Shown here: positions 11,492 to 24,513 of the stretch, one piece after another
Numbering within the stretch: position 1 is the first letter of the stretch
Layout: each line of letters opens with the position of its first letter
NCBI RefSeq assembly: GCF_006345805.1
Contig: NW_021837037.1
Location: forward strand, 1-64,000
Source of the DNA: Octopus sinensis
Lineage: Eukaryota
Direction: 5' to 3'
Length of the DNA stretch: 64,000 nucleotides
Notes under the pieces: generated by a model
What the model was told of the DNA's origin: nothing
What the model saw: the letters and a program-made list of their open reading frames with translations, nothing else
The model's database searches: none
Position numbers and translations under genes: made by a program

Positions 11492-13270
11492 ATGTGTGTG
11501 GGTGTGTGTATGTGCATATACGTTTCCCTGCATTTTCCTCCTATATATGCACATTTTGTCTCCCATATATGTCTTTTTTCCCTACATATTTTTTCTCCTA
11601 CACCCATATCCTTCCTATATAGTCTCTTTATTTCCCTATATCTACACCCTTTCACATTTCTAACTCGGATGTTGAACGCACACCGCCAAGCTCCACTTAT
11701 ACTCCACTTCATCTCATGTTAAACTTTAAAAGATTATATTTTTATTTTATTTTCTTTTTATTTTTACTTTTATGTTGCTTTATCCTGTTCTATTTCACTT
11801 TACCTTTATTCTCATTTTTATTTTCATCCGTTATCTTAATTCTTATAATTTTTATAATTTTTATACTTCATCTCTAACTTTTACATTATATTTCTTATTT
11901 TATATTGTATTTCTTACTTTTATTTCTAATTTTTACTCTTACCCTCATTCTTACCCCTAACTTATCGCTTTATACCTCTATATATGTCTATTTTTTTTGC
12001 TTATCCCTTATTTACTTACCTATGGATCCGCTTTATGATTATACGAGCGTCCGTGTACGTATGTATACGTATACATATGTGTACATATGTACGAGTAAAC
12101 ATCTACGTCTGGATGTGCATACCCCGTATTTCTTTACATTTTTTTACATGTTTTCTTATACTCATATGTTTACACCTATTTGTATACATCTTTTAATACC
12201 TATAGCTATACCCATATGCGCGTATGTCTCTGTGTGTGTATGTAAGTGTATATGTGCACGCACATATGAACACACAGCCATGTGTGCGTGCACGTGTGGA
12301 CGTGAGTGCGTGATTCTTTACATAAGTTCTTATATACATCCTTTAATATCTTATATCTAAACCTGGAAGCGTGGGCATATGTGTATGTGTATGTAAGAAT
12401 GGACGCACATATGTATATATGGGTGTGTACACGTATAATGTCCGTGTATACATGCGGATATTCTGTTGTATGTATGTATATGTACGCGCGTGCGTGTGGG
12501 TGTATGTGTGTTTATGTACATGTTTACACGTGAGTGCGTGTGTATGCTTATAGGCTTGGAGCCGTGTATGCGCGCGTATATGTGCTCGTGTATATGGGTG
12601 TATGTATCCATGATGGTATGTATGTACAAGATGACCAATTAATTCAAAGAACTAGATTAAACGCTCAACAGCTCTGATTTACAACACACTAGGTCCCCAG
12701 ACAACTTCTACAACTAGACTTTATCAATCTCCTGACCACCATGTTTGGTCCCTAACCTCTATACATCCCTTATCTTTATATTTCTTTATATTTTTTTACT
12801 TTTTTATCATGTTTATTCCTATTTTTATTTTGTTACTTTTTATTTTTTTACTTTTTACTCTTATTTTTTTACTTTTTACTTTTATTTCTATTTCTATCTT
12901 TACTTTATAACCTTATGCCTTTACATTCATTTATATTTCTTTATATTCTTTATACCCCCTTTACATCTCCTTATATCCCTTTATATCTTTATACACTACA
13001 TTTTTATATTTTTCTATACTTACACTTTTTATACATACATTTTTTATCCCTCGTCCTGAATTCTCGCCTCTCCATCTTCACTTCTATATATGTATTTATT
13101 TATTTACATTACTTCAACATCCAAATTTCCTCATTCTACATTGAGAGAAGGAAGAGATGGACGCTTCAATTCTATGCTGTTGACTCATTATGTCGTACGC
13201 GAATGAGAGGATTTGCATCCCCAACCAAGAATTTTTGATGTAACACATGTCCTTGTGGAAGCTGTTGTGC

Positions 13271-13348
13271 GCGGCTGAAGAAGGCCACAGACATACATTA
13301 TGCATTGTTATAAATCTGTCTAATAAAGGCCCGAAACATATGTACCGC
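13271..13348 (+). ncRNA. Type I hammerhead ribozyme in 3' pLTR (copy 47560-47637)
   Basis: Identical to 8531-8608. Confidence 0.85.
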
Positions 13349-15417
13349 TGAATCCTTGGCATCATGTTTTTATTTTGATCAATTTATATATATATATTTT
13401 TAACTGATGTCCACCGGCAGACCGTAGTTAAAATGTTTCCATTATTTCAAGTGCTAAGCATTTAAGGTAGCGTGGTTAACTAAGATAAAATTTCCTGGAA
13501 CGTTAAAATATTTTCAAAACACCATCTGTGCAATCACTATCGATTCCAGGATACAGATATTTGTTGTTCATTAGTTATCAATCGATTATATCTGAGTGAC
13601 ATATGTATACGTGTGAGTGTTTGAATGTGTGTGTTTGTTTGAATGTGTGTGTGTATTTTTGTGTGCATATGTGTGCATTTTTTACGCTTGCCACCACATA
13701 ACAATCAGTGTTCGTGCATTTACGAACGCAAAACCCCGCAGTCAAGTGAAAGCTAAGGATATCATAAACACCAAGTTTAAAAACAAAATACAATACACTG
13801 GGAGATATTCGATCGACTAAAACTCTTCAAGTTGGTGCCTCCGGATGACAACAGCCTAATGAATGAAACAACTAAAAATTGAAAGGCGTTGCTATTATTC
13901 ATTTCATTTAGAATTTGATTAAGTTATTCGCAGTAATATTAAATGCGTCAAAACTATTGAAAATATTGCAAGACGCAACGAAAATTTAAGGACAATAAAA
14001 TAAGAAATAAGTAGAAAATTTAGCAGTGAGTGTTTTACATAAGAAGGCACAAAAAGAAAATGACTCTCCCCAGACACAACAGATTATTGAATGACTTTCA
14101 CATTAATACTACGCATTCTTGTGATGGTTTTGCTAACTATTTCTTGGTTTTAATAACACCAATGATAGTATCAAGAGACCTTGAAACTTTACCACAGCAT
14201 TATAGGAAATGAAATATTTCTCCATCAGGTACGTATAAAAGTCAGCAACAACAAATTTTGAGTATTCTGTACTTTTGTCTTTTCGCTAATAAAATGTGTA
14301 AGTGGACCAAAGACTGTTGGATACTTTTGTAGAGTATGGAGTCGATAATGCGGCTGTACGTATGCAAAATTGTTAGAATGTAGCTACTTTACTTACTGAT
14401 GTCATTCAGAGGGAAACGTTTCTTTTGACCATGACGAAGAAGCTAACACAAAAGTAGACATCCCGACATACACATTCATATATATATTCATCCACACACA
14501 TATATACATACACTCACAACCAATACCGAATATAAATTCTATAATACCTACATTTCTACATAGCACCAGTTTTTCTCTGTCCTGCTTGAAACATCTATTA
14601 ACATCGATATCTTGGCTCCTGTTCCACTTGAATCGCTATACGTCTCGTACATCGCAGAGTCATTTCAGGGTAACTTTCTCTTAAATCCAGTAATTCTAAT
14701 ATAATATATCTCAAATATTCCTCTCTAATTTCGCTTACCATTATCGCTGCATGACACATAACCAATGTGTTCTTCCAGGTTAGCAATTACATTATATCTA
14801 GTGGTTACGTATTTACATGTATTTATCGCGTATTCATACATCTAGTGCTTGATGTTGTTATCATTTGAAAAAGAAATGTAACTCACCTCCATCCTCTACA
14901 AGAGATTTAACTTTATTGTTATCTGTCGCTACTGATTGTCAAACGATATTATCATTTTTAAAGTGAGACTGGCAGCAATAATTCAGTTAATATTAGACTC
15001 GTATATGAAAGCGATTGAAACTGCTAATGTGGCTATGTGTGTTTTCATATGTATATTTCAACAACCAAAATGCTGCAGTGTAACACAAAGTGTAGGATGT
15101 TGTTTAACCCAATGGTCCAGGGATAATATTAGCGGCATTCTTAATCGTAGTACTTGAAGGAATTCTGCCTTCGCAACATTTTCTGGAATATTTTCTGGAC
15201 AAAACCTTTAATGACTTAAGTATCATTGCGTTAATAAGGTAAAACAAAACTTATTTTAAAGTAGGCTGCAGACGCCATATGGCACCGAACTAAAGAGCGG
15301 TCGTCCAATTCTATTTGTACAAAGCTATTCCTAGCTGTATGTTACTTATCCAAGTCAACACACACATATATATATAAGTACACACACACATATATATGCA
15401 TGCATGTGTGTGTGTAT

Positions 15418-15560
15418 ATGGCCCAGTGGTTAGGGCATTGGACTCGCGGTCAGAGGACCGCGGGGTCGATTCTCAGACCGGGCGTTGTGTGCGTTTATTG
15501 AGTGAAAACACCTAAAAGCCCCACAGACAACGGCGGTGCATCAGCATGGCCGCAGCACTG
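15418..15560 (+). mobile_element. Internally deleted tRNA-derived SINE
   Basis: tRNA-like head atggcccagtggttagggcattggactc..ggggtcgattctc, and the cagcatggccgcag tail that is shared with the LINE 3' end. Confidence 0.65.
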
Positions 15561-16056
15561 AGCTGAAGCTAGAAAAAATATATATATGCACACACACACG
15601 TACACACACATATGGATATATATCTATGAATATGTATATGAAGGTCTTTTTTTCGATTCTGTTTACCAAAATGCACTCAGAAAAGTTTGGTCGTGCTGAT
15701 TCTAACGTAGCAAACACGAACCCTAAATGCAAAGTGGGACTGAACCCGGAAACATAGCACTGGCCAACAAGGGCATGTTCACACACAAAGTGCAAAGAAA
15801 ACAAAAACCAAAAAATCAGCGCTACATGTGTGTGAAGATTTACTTCTAAATATCGACACGTTTAATTCGTGGCAAGTTAAAATACAATTTCAATCATAAT
15901 ATAATACCACGTAATAAATAACGGTAGAATAGTTGTTGCTAGGTTATAATGAAACGAACATCTGTTACATGTTTTTCAAGCCTAAAGACAAACTCCTGCG
16001 TAGTACATAGAGCAACACCACGTATGTAGAAAGCTGACGAAAAGAACTAATCTACA

Positions 16057-16093
16057 ATGAAAAGAATTCTATTCATATTATCTGTAATTTGCG
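16057..16093 (+). CDS. Gene A exon 1 (signal peptide MKRILFILSVIC-G)
   Basis: Context ctacaATG; donor G|gtaagg. The upstream sequence aligns with that of B exon 1. Confidence 0.8.
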
Positions 16094-16587
16094 GTAAGGT
16101 GTTACTTCATAAAACAGCGCTCATAAATGACGGTTCACAGACACCAGGTAGAAGCAGGCGCATGCAAATGCATACATGTGTTTATATAGGTTTGTATGCT
16201 TGATTGCATGCATATATGTATGTAGGTGTGTATGTACACACACACACACACATAGTATGCATGACTCTATGTATGTATATCTAGATAGATATATACATAG
16301 ATAGACAGGTGACGTTAGCGATTTTTTTTTCTTCTTTGGACATTTCACTTTCTCCTTCCAGACGAAGAGCTATGCGCGAAACAATGTTTTCTTTGTACAC
16401 GTTCTCTTGTTAATGCTTACATGTTTAAATGAATTGAATATCCGTTTGTATGTTTGAAAATTCCACACACCCTTGGCCTTGTCTCATTTTGACACATTAT
16501 ATTTAACACACACATACGTATGTATGTATGTATGTATGCATGTATGCATGAATGTATGTAAATATGTAGATATATGTATTTTATACG

Positions 16588-16625
<38 letters not shown>

Positions 16626-16889
16626 GCAGAGTAAAGTAATTTATTTTATAGAAGGAGCTTCTACAGGACTAGAACTGTTTCATTCAGATGAAATCTTCAG
16701 GAAGCTGGCTGTCAAAATAAGGTCTGGTATTTATACATTTAGGCAGATTTAATGGGATTGTGGTGGGGGGCGTTTTGGGGGTAATTTGGTATTTAGGTGA
16801 TAAACAGGGCACAAGCTATTGTTCTTAGGGGAGTGGTCATATATATATATACATATACATGCACACACTCACACGCACATACACACACA

Positions 16890-16948
<59 letters not shown>

Positions 16949-19900
16949 GCTCGAGAAAGCCTTCGCATATCTCCAGAGTAGTCAATGTACTTGGATCATT
17001 ACTAGAGATTTGAACTGCATCATTCGAACTATTGAGCCTCTGGAAGAGGGATACAATGCCCCAAACTGCAAAAATAAATGTGCACGCAGTGGCCCACCCT
17101 GAGTTTCGTCGGCCCGTGAAGAACGCCACCTACACCGGCACCACTTGTAGGTCCAATACTGGAGGGTAAATGAATCAGCTGGGCCGGCCCTAATGACTCA
17201 CCACAGAACCATTTGTGCAGAGGCTGTTTGACGTCCTAATAGTGGCCCCATCGCCCTAGATCATCACCAGCGGGTACGCCTGCAGTCCGTTTCAACACGT
17301 CAGAACTGGTGATCTTCGCCCTTGAGTAATCTCAGACAGTCTTTTCTGACGAATGTCGATATTGCATTTCTGTGGCAGATGGCAGTGCTAGTATTTGGAG
17401 AAGGCGTGATTGTCATGGCGATGGCTGTGTGGTGGCGAGAGACTCGTGGGCAGGATAGAGCATCATGGTATGTGACTGGATTGAACTCAACTAGAAACTT
17501 TGACCGGTGGCCTTCCAAGACATCGGTCAAGGACGGGGCAATTAAATAGCTGTTGCTTGCTAGATTGACCAAATTTTAAGACCTCACATTTTGCCATAAT
17601 TTGCCAATCATGGGAATCACGCGTTCCAATAAGACAACGCCCGTGCCCCTACTGCTAGGCTGATAACATACCTCCTCCAACAGCATAATTTCCAGGCACT
17701 ACCATGGCCTGTCCTATGTCTGGACGTGAACCACATAAAACACCTGTGGGGCGAAATCCAATGAAGGCTAAATGACATCCGTCCAACGCCGGCAACTACG
17801 GTACAAATCACTGAAACTTTAACAGTGCCTGGGCTGTTATCCCAATGAACTACATCAATCGTTTTTGCGCATTTAGTGTACAGAGGTTGCCTGCTGGTAA
17901 TCAACGCTAACAGTGGTCACACGAGATACTGAGGTCATTTTTTTTATCCAAGACACTGCATCATCACGTGACGTCAAACATGTTTAAGGATATGGCGATT
18001 TGTCATTAGGAAAGAACCGTTTCTCTATTTCGTACGTTTATGGTATCACTTTTGTGGTTCAGTTGATATGTAATTGCATGTTTATGCCTGTACCTATGTA
18101 TACGTATATGTATATGCATATATTTATATGTATATATATGTTATTATTACTGGATTGAAGTATCTTAAATTGTGGTCACTTTGAATGTTTTAATTTTAGA
18201 CGCTTACCTACCAGAAGAGTTTCAATACCTTTTTATTATTAGATCATTTTTATTCTTGTAAATGTGTTATATATTTCATAAACTTTTTCTACATTCTGCG
18301 ATTTGATATAAAAGGTATCGGTTTTTAACATCCCTCCTCAAAGCCACATGCCAGATATATGAAATCTAACATAGAAGTCAATACTTTGGAAGGAATAGAG
18401 CTAATATATCCACTGGCTATATGCTCAGAACACGTAAAATATATACATTCCGTTAAATTTACAAAGGAAATTCGGCAAGATATCGTAAAAATGAATATTA
18501 AACCATAAATGTAGCAATGGACGATCGTACAAAAAAGGATTCCAAACAAGATGAGGACAAATATCAATCAAATGTAAATAATGTAAATAATTATTACTGC
18601 GTTACCAATGAATTAGAAAATAAATTTAGTTGAATAATATGTAATTCTTAAAATTGTAGGTGCCACAGCCTCCAAAGTCTGCATGACAGTAGCCGAGAAA
18701 GAGTGCAAATACGCTCTGCTAACTTATCCTGTAAAGACTCCCGACATTCATTTCTGCAGGTATCTTTTTCTCCTTTTGGTACTAATATTTGTATTTCTTT
18801 TATAGTACTATCGTTCATATTTGCAACTTCGTTTCACAAAATCAATTGTTTGTAATGTATTACACACAGAGGAACAAAAAAATGTGTTCCGCCACCAGGT
18901 GGTTAAATTTTCCATCAATCTATTCCCGAAACAAAATATTATAGCATTTGCTCGTGGTGCCCCAGCATGGCCGCGGCCTTCAGTCTAAAACATTTTAAAG
19001 GATTGTAAGTATTTAAGACCGGATTTGAAAGATAAATTACTCGAGCCTTTGATTCAACACCCATTCATACGTTAGGATTTCGCCTGATTAAGAAGAATTC
19101 AAATAATTTCGATCATAGGCTTGCGTGTTACTTTTGTCAACTATTATTTAGATAAATGTCTTTGTATTTCTAATTAACGTTATTTCCACCACAGTAATAT
19201 AAAGATGATATTCTGATAAAAGTGAATCGCCCACAGAATTTTAACTATGGGTTGTCCGGAAAGTTTTTGCGGATTTTAAAGAAAAGCAAAAGGGCAATTA
19301 CATTTTTAATCTACTAAATATAAAACATTTTCTTGCACAATGGGTCTCCCTCTTTCCATTGACTTGAAAATACCATCTTCCCAGAATTGAGGTTGTTTCG
19401 CGGCAAAGAATTCATCAAGGTATCTTTTTCCGTCATCCAAGGAATTGAAATTTTTACCAGTAAGACTAGACCTGAATAAGTGGAAATCCGAAGGAGCAAT
19501 ATCTGGTGAATATGGAGGTTGGGGTAACACATCCCGGCCGAGCTGCAGCAATTCTTGTCTGGTTCTCAAAGCCTCAACTGCCAGAAATGAACTTTCTTAC
19601 CTTCCATTTTAAAGGGTTACAGAATTAACGCAGGTTACAGGAATATAAACCTTCTTCCACGAAAATATACCTGAAACTGTGCTCTAAATGGAGGTGTAGT
19701 CAAATCCTATTTTATGCACTCAACCATGTTCTAAAAAAAGTCGAAATGTAAGCTACTGTAAATCGGCACGAACTTTCTGGACAACCCAATATTTCTGATA
19801 TTGTAAGATGAGCCGACCGAATTGTTAGCACGCCACACCAAATGCTTAGTGGCATTTTATCCGTCTTTATGTTCCGCATTGAAATGGAGCCGGGATCGGC

Positions 19901-20908
19901 TTCTCCATTCCGATGTCAATAAGTTACGTACCAGTTGAGACCTAGGGTCAAGGTAATCGGCTACCAACACACCAACAAAAAAGATACAAAGAAAAAGCAA
20001 TAATTTGGTCTGGTACCAAAATTTGAAATCAATACTTCAAATATTGTAAGGCGGTGGGCTTGGAGAATCGTAAATACAAAATGCAAAATCCTTAGCGATA
20101 TTTTGCCCGTCTTTACGTTCTTAGTTTCCCATTCAGCTGAGTTCGATTTTGGATTCCATCTTGTCAGGGTCGACAAACTATCTACCAGTGTTGCACAAGG
20201 ACTATATAAATTTGAAACCAATGTTTCTTATACTAAAAACCGGGAGGTAGATCTTGAAGACAAGTATAGAGGCACTCCGTAGGTTACGACGACCTGTGTT
20301 CCAGTTGATCCGATCAACGGAGCAGCCTGCTCATGAAATTAACGTGCAAGTGGCTGAGCACTCCACAGACGTGTATCCTTCACGTATTTCTCGGGGTGAT
20401 TCAGTGTGATAAAGAATGTGACAAGGCCGGTCCTTTGAAATATGGGTACAACATAAACAGGAAGAAAGAGTGAGAAAAGTTGTGGCGAAAAATTACAGCA
20501 GGGGGTGGCACCACTCCTGCAGGGAACCTCATGTAGCTGTAAGCGTTTTTGCTCAATAAACATTCGCAACGCCCGGTCTGGGAATCGAAACCGCGATCCT
20601 ACAACCGCGAGTGCGCTGCCCTTACCACTGGGCAATTTGCCTCCACGATGACAAGAGTAGTTCTGAATTCTATGCTTACATATTCTGATATAAAAAAAAA
20701 GAAACTATATTGACCGTTGCCTTCTCTCTATAATTGGTAATACTTGATATGTTTTTATCTTACAGACGTCTAGAGTTGTATGAAATCTGTATTACTCATG
20801 TAGATCCTGTTTGCCAAAGAGCCATGCGCAAAGAGCTTACAAAAAAGTGCTCTGGTGAGTGAAACAATTTATTTTATTATTAAAAAAGTTGTAGCAAAAT
20901 GAAATTCA

Positions 20909-20942
<34 letters not shown>

Positions 20943-21477
20943 TGTTGTTGTTGTTGTTGTTGTTGTTGTAGAAGTAGCAGCAGTGGCAGAAGGAGAAGAA
21001 GAAAACGAAAAAGAAGAAGAAGGAAAAGATGAAGTAGAAGTAGGAGGAAGAGGATTATAATCCATAATACACTGAGAACATTTTCTTCCGGTTTATCATG
21101 ATTGCAGTTCAATTTCTAAACAGATATTCATCTATTTTTTTCCGTTGATAAGATAAGAGGCAACCAATTGATGCAGGTCATTAAGTCTATTTAATGAGAT
21201 CACCTGTACAGGTGACTTTTCATCAGGTTACACGCTTAGCTCTGAAGAAAGGAAACTGTATTTGCATTATTGGTCAAAACATCTCTATCACTTTATGTAA
21301 ATTTCTAGTAAATGTCAACGTTATTAATTAAATTAATCCACTAATTAAAAATGAGTACCACGTAAACACATTTTTTACTTGAATATTACAGATAAGAAGC
21401 CCCACAATGAGTCAACGGTCTGCATTGTAAATTTAAACAGCATGTTATTGGCAGTTCTTGTATCAACCATATTTTAA
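16057..21477 (+). CDS. Gene A (copy 1): 103-aa signal peptide + 6-Cys domain + GPI-like tail protein, 4 exons
   Basis: Exons 16057-16093, 18660-18759, 20766-20854 and 21392-21477, all GT-AG, intron phases 1/2/1. Translation: MKRILFILSVICGATASKVCMTVAEKECKYALLTYPVKTPDIHFCRRLELYEICITHVDPVCQRAMRKELTKKCSDKKPHNESTVCIVNLNSMLLAVLVSTIF*. AATAAA at 21506. Exon lengths (37/100/89/86) and phases match paralog B. Confidence 0.85.
16945..18060 (+). mobile_element. Decayed Tc1-family transposase in gene A intron 1 (copy ~51235-52350)
   Basis: Remnants VFSDECRY..DG...WRR, FQ*DNARA, WPVLCLDVNHIKHLWG and GHTRY*. Confidence 0.85.
18660..18759 (+). CDS. Gene A exon 2
   Basis: aaattgtag|GT...TGCAG|gtatct; 100 nt and open; homologous to 31527-31626. 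Confidence 0.9.
19248..19789 (-). mobile_element. Internally deleted mariner element with ~30-bp TIRs and TA flanks, gene A intron 2 (copy 53538-54079)
   Basis: TIRs tgggttgtccggaaagtttttgcggattt / aaatcggcacgaactttctggacaaccca; PPYSPDIAPSDFHLF motif. Confidence 0.9.
20270..20640 (-). mobile_element. tRNA-derived SINE in gene A intron 2
   Basis: Reverse-strand head cccagtggtaagggcagcgcactcgcggttgtaggatcgcggtttcgattccc. Confidence 0.8.
20766..20854 (+). CDS. Gene A exon 3
   Basis: ttttatcttacag|A...TCTG|gtgagt; 89 nt and open; homologous to 32783-32871. Confidence 0.9.
20911..21050. repeat. Compound (GTA)n(GTT)n / GAA-rich microsatellite in gene A intron 3
   Basis: Directly visible; copy 2 has two extra GTT units. 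Confidence 0.95.
21392..21477 (+). CDS. Gene A exon 4 (GPI-signal-like tail)
   Basis: tttttacttgaatattacag|AT; encodes DKKPHNESTVCIVNLNSMLLAVLVSTIF*; homologous to 3826-3911. Confidence 0.82.
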
Positions 21478-21759
21478 TGGAATTCGAACATATGTTGAAA
21501 GATTTAATAAAGATTTAACACATATTTTTGATAGTTTTGCATTGTATAATCTCTTATCTTCATTATATAAAAAATGTAAGTATATAAAGAACTCCGAAAT
21601 TTAATTTTTATTATAACGTCAAATAATACCATATTCACTTCTTCGCTTCAATAGAAACTTTCTTTACAATTTTACTTTTTTATTCAATCCAATGCCGCAA
21701 AAGGTCTTATTAGTAGCTTGACATAATCCTCAAATCGATTAAATTTTAATACCACTTCA

Positions 21760-22800
21760 ATATGAAAGGGTTACTAGACTACTTGTTTTTAATAAAATAT
21801 AAATATTTACCTCAATTTCAACATGATCTCTTTCGAAGTAGTGCAGATATACACCGGTCCCAATCTTCGTGATTCTTTTAGAATCCGGGCAGGAAATGCT
21901 TTTCCGGAAGCGATTCAAAGACTTTCGGCGATTCGAGGACCTTCTCCGATTTGAGGACCTCCTGCGATTCGAGGACCTTCTGCGATTCGAGGACCTTCTG
22001 CGATTCGAGGGCCTTCTGCTATTCGAGGACCTTCTGCAATTCGAAGACCTTTTGCGATTCGCTATGGAGCTCGACAACGGTGTAATAACTGCGACCTCTG
22101 AACCTCATTTCCGTTTTGGGGCAGAGATGACATTCAGCAGGTTCCAGCTCAGGCAATTAGGGAGAATGCAGAAGCGATATCATTTTCTTTTTTTTTCCTT
22201 TTTGAGAAACTCACGTGTGAGAGGATCTCAGTTACAGAGTGCTATGTCATCGTGAAGAATCCGATTCTTCAAGCTCCATATACATGCGGCCTTTCGCGGA
22301 AGATTCTCCAACAAAAGCTTCAAAATGTCATTGTTTATCCTTTGACGATCTTCATGCACAAACTGATGATAATTTCTCCATATTTCGTCGTAGGTGACTT
22401 GTGGCACGTCTTTGAAATAATTTATCTTCTTCCAGAGAAGTTCTTCCGGTTTTGGAGCGCTCATGCAATCCGAAATATTGCGTACATCTCATTGCCTTGT
22501 CGCCGTAAGCTTCACAAAGCAAGCTTAATGTCTCTGTATCAGACTTCTCAATATAATCCAATGTTTGACGTTGGCTCTTTGTTTCAGCTCTCTGCGCTTG
22601 ACAAGATAGCAGCGAAAAGCATACACGTGATCACATCAACTCAAATTTCATAACTTGGGAATTAAAGACAGTGATTTCTGTCCGTAGACAGACACACGAA
22701 TACCACCGCTACCTCCCACTGTGTACGCAACCATGTACTGCCCTGTTTTCGCGCTACAGGGAACGATTGGTACCACCACGTATCGTTGCTTCCAAGTAAA
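21760..22800 (-). mobile_element. Decayed mariner transposase relic (copy ~56056-57096)
   Basis: Remnants ETLSLLCEAYGD..KTGRTSLEED, ILHDDIA (HDNA motif), decayed PYSPDLAP region and WDRCI. Confidence 0.85.
21911..22061. repeat. 18-bp minisatellite, 8 units plus a partial (CGATTCGAGGACCTTCTG)
   Basis: Directly visible; in the mariner frame it reads (ESQKVL)n. Confidence 0.95.
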
Positions 22801-23286
22801 ATGGTGAAGATTAACCTCACTTTATAAATTACAATTTATAAATCGCAGCATGTCCATAAGTTGTATTTCTATATCACACAGACGTTCTGTTTATATTGTT
22901 TTATTAATACTCAACGTTAACAAAGGCATAACAAATTGATTACAAAGTTCTCCGATAATGCTAGTTGTATTCATATTTACTGATATAACACAGTCAGGTT
23001 GCTTGAATGTTTATACTGTCTTTTGTCAGTGTTAACATTGTATTATTGTATACATACATCCATTCATATTTAATATGACTTGCACATGTTATATCGCATA
23101 GAGTATAAATTTATAGGGGTAATTCTTCACCATGTTTTTAGTATATCATTAGGAAAATAATCGGTAATAAACAGAGGTTGAATAGTAAATTCGTGTGAAG
23201 AGGAGAATCATATATATAGTATGTTTTCAACTAAAACCATACATGCAAATTAATAGAGATAAGTATAAGTATAACTTCATTCACAT

Positions 23287-23361
<75 letters not shown>

Positions 23362-24482
23362 TATATCAAAATGCGGAAATTATAATACACATAAAATATT
23401 CATGTGCACATAGATCTCTACATATTTCGGTGTTTATATAGACGCATGTGTTCACGTATGTTAATACTCATAATGAAATATGCAAATTTAGTCTACACTG
23501 GCAACACCTATAAACGCATATTTGCAATTATAAACTTTCTTCAATTCCACACTTATAATCATATTGAAAAGAAATGGTAAAAAAAAATATTCTTTTGTTT
23601 ATACGATTTCAAAAATTTACTTTGTATTTCATTCATTGTTTGCAATGTTTTCTCTCACACACGCTGTTTCTCTAATATAAACACACAGAAACTCTTCTGG
23701 TTTCATTCCGTTATAACACGCATATCATATTAAAAGTTTTCAAATCCATCATGGGCCGTAAAATAAAACACGTGCATTATTTCGCTTGAACGCGGACACT
23801 TCGATAATTACCTTATCTGAAGGCTGCGAGCTGGCAGAAACGTTAGCACGCCGGGCGATATGCTTTCCCGCATTTCGCCTGCCGTTATGTTCTGAGTTCA
23901 AATTTCGCCGAGGTCAACTTTGCCTGTCATATTTTCGGGGTCGTTAAATTAAGTATCATCTGCGTACTGGGGTCGATGTAATCGACTGCCCTCCTCCCCA
24001 CACACACAAAAGATTTTAATAAAACATTGAAATAGTCTTTGCTTATAGAAAGCTAACATATAAATATTATCGAACTAAAACCTACATTTTGAAAAGCACC
24101 CTCACTCGAAAATATTTCAAAAGGATAAAAATATTGTTTAACAAAAGCGAAATGAGAAATATTTACAGTAAAATAAAAAGAAACAAATATAATTCCGTTG
24201 TCAAGTCATTGTCTAATCGAAAGTAGAGATTTTCCCTTTTCAAATTAAGATTATTTTCGGGATAATTTCCCACTATGATCCGCTTGGGTATTTGTACCCT
24301 GAAAACTTGTAATATCTTAAAAAACCACTTGCCGGTTTACACGAACTTGTTTTGTTTTCCGTTCATATTAGCATTTCAGGCTAAATATATTTCATTGTAT
24401 TTTTCCATTATGCGCTACTTTGGCTGGGTAAATTTAAAAGCGGTCTATCAAGGAAGATCCAAACTGATTTCTAATGCACTTT

Positions 24483-24513
<31 letters not shown>

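Larger units (their letters stand above)
8014..13386 (+). mobile_element. Full-length Penelope-like retroelement, Naiad-like, with direct pLTRs 8057-8646 and 12805-13386 (copy 42302-47675)
   Basis: RT motifs DVAMGSSDSAQVTDLVG and GLYRDD, NFLDVTLDL, linker CNC..CPL.G.C, and C-terminal GIY-YIG (VIY..YIG..STSLSKKIWELK..CQLC..NKRSE). The ~590-bp direct repeats each carry an HHR. Confidence 0.92.

Noticed and set aside
14209-14228. ATGAAATATTTCTCCATCAG|gtacgt as a candidate first exon
   Set aside because: It ends in phase 2, incompatible with exon 2, and is not a signal peptide. The exon at 16057 fits and has a paralog.
14560-14930. Short minus-strand open stretches with donor-like sites (~14735, ~14885)
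   Set aside because: Acceptors are weak, phases do not chain, and there is no recognisable or paralogous protein.
21124-21196. Possible proximal terminal exon for gene A (DIHLFFSVDKIRGNQLMQVIKSI*)
   Set aside because: The acceptor is not conserved in the paralogous intron segment near 3300 and the sequence has no homology to exon 4.
21911-22061. CRISPR-like array
   Set aside because: The units are contiguous 18-mers with no spacers, in a eukaryotic context.
21757-22077. Arg/Ser-rich protamine-like ORF followed by an apparent GAG|GTAAAT donor
   Set aside because: It is an alternative frame of the mariner relic plus the 18-bp minisatellite. The apparent donor falls near the transposon end.
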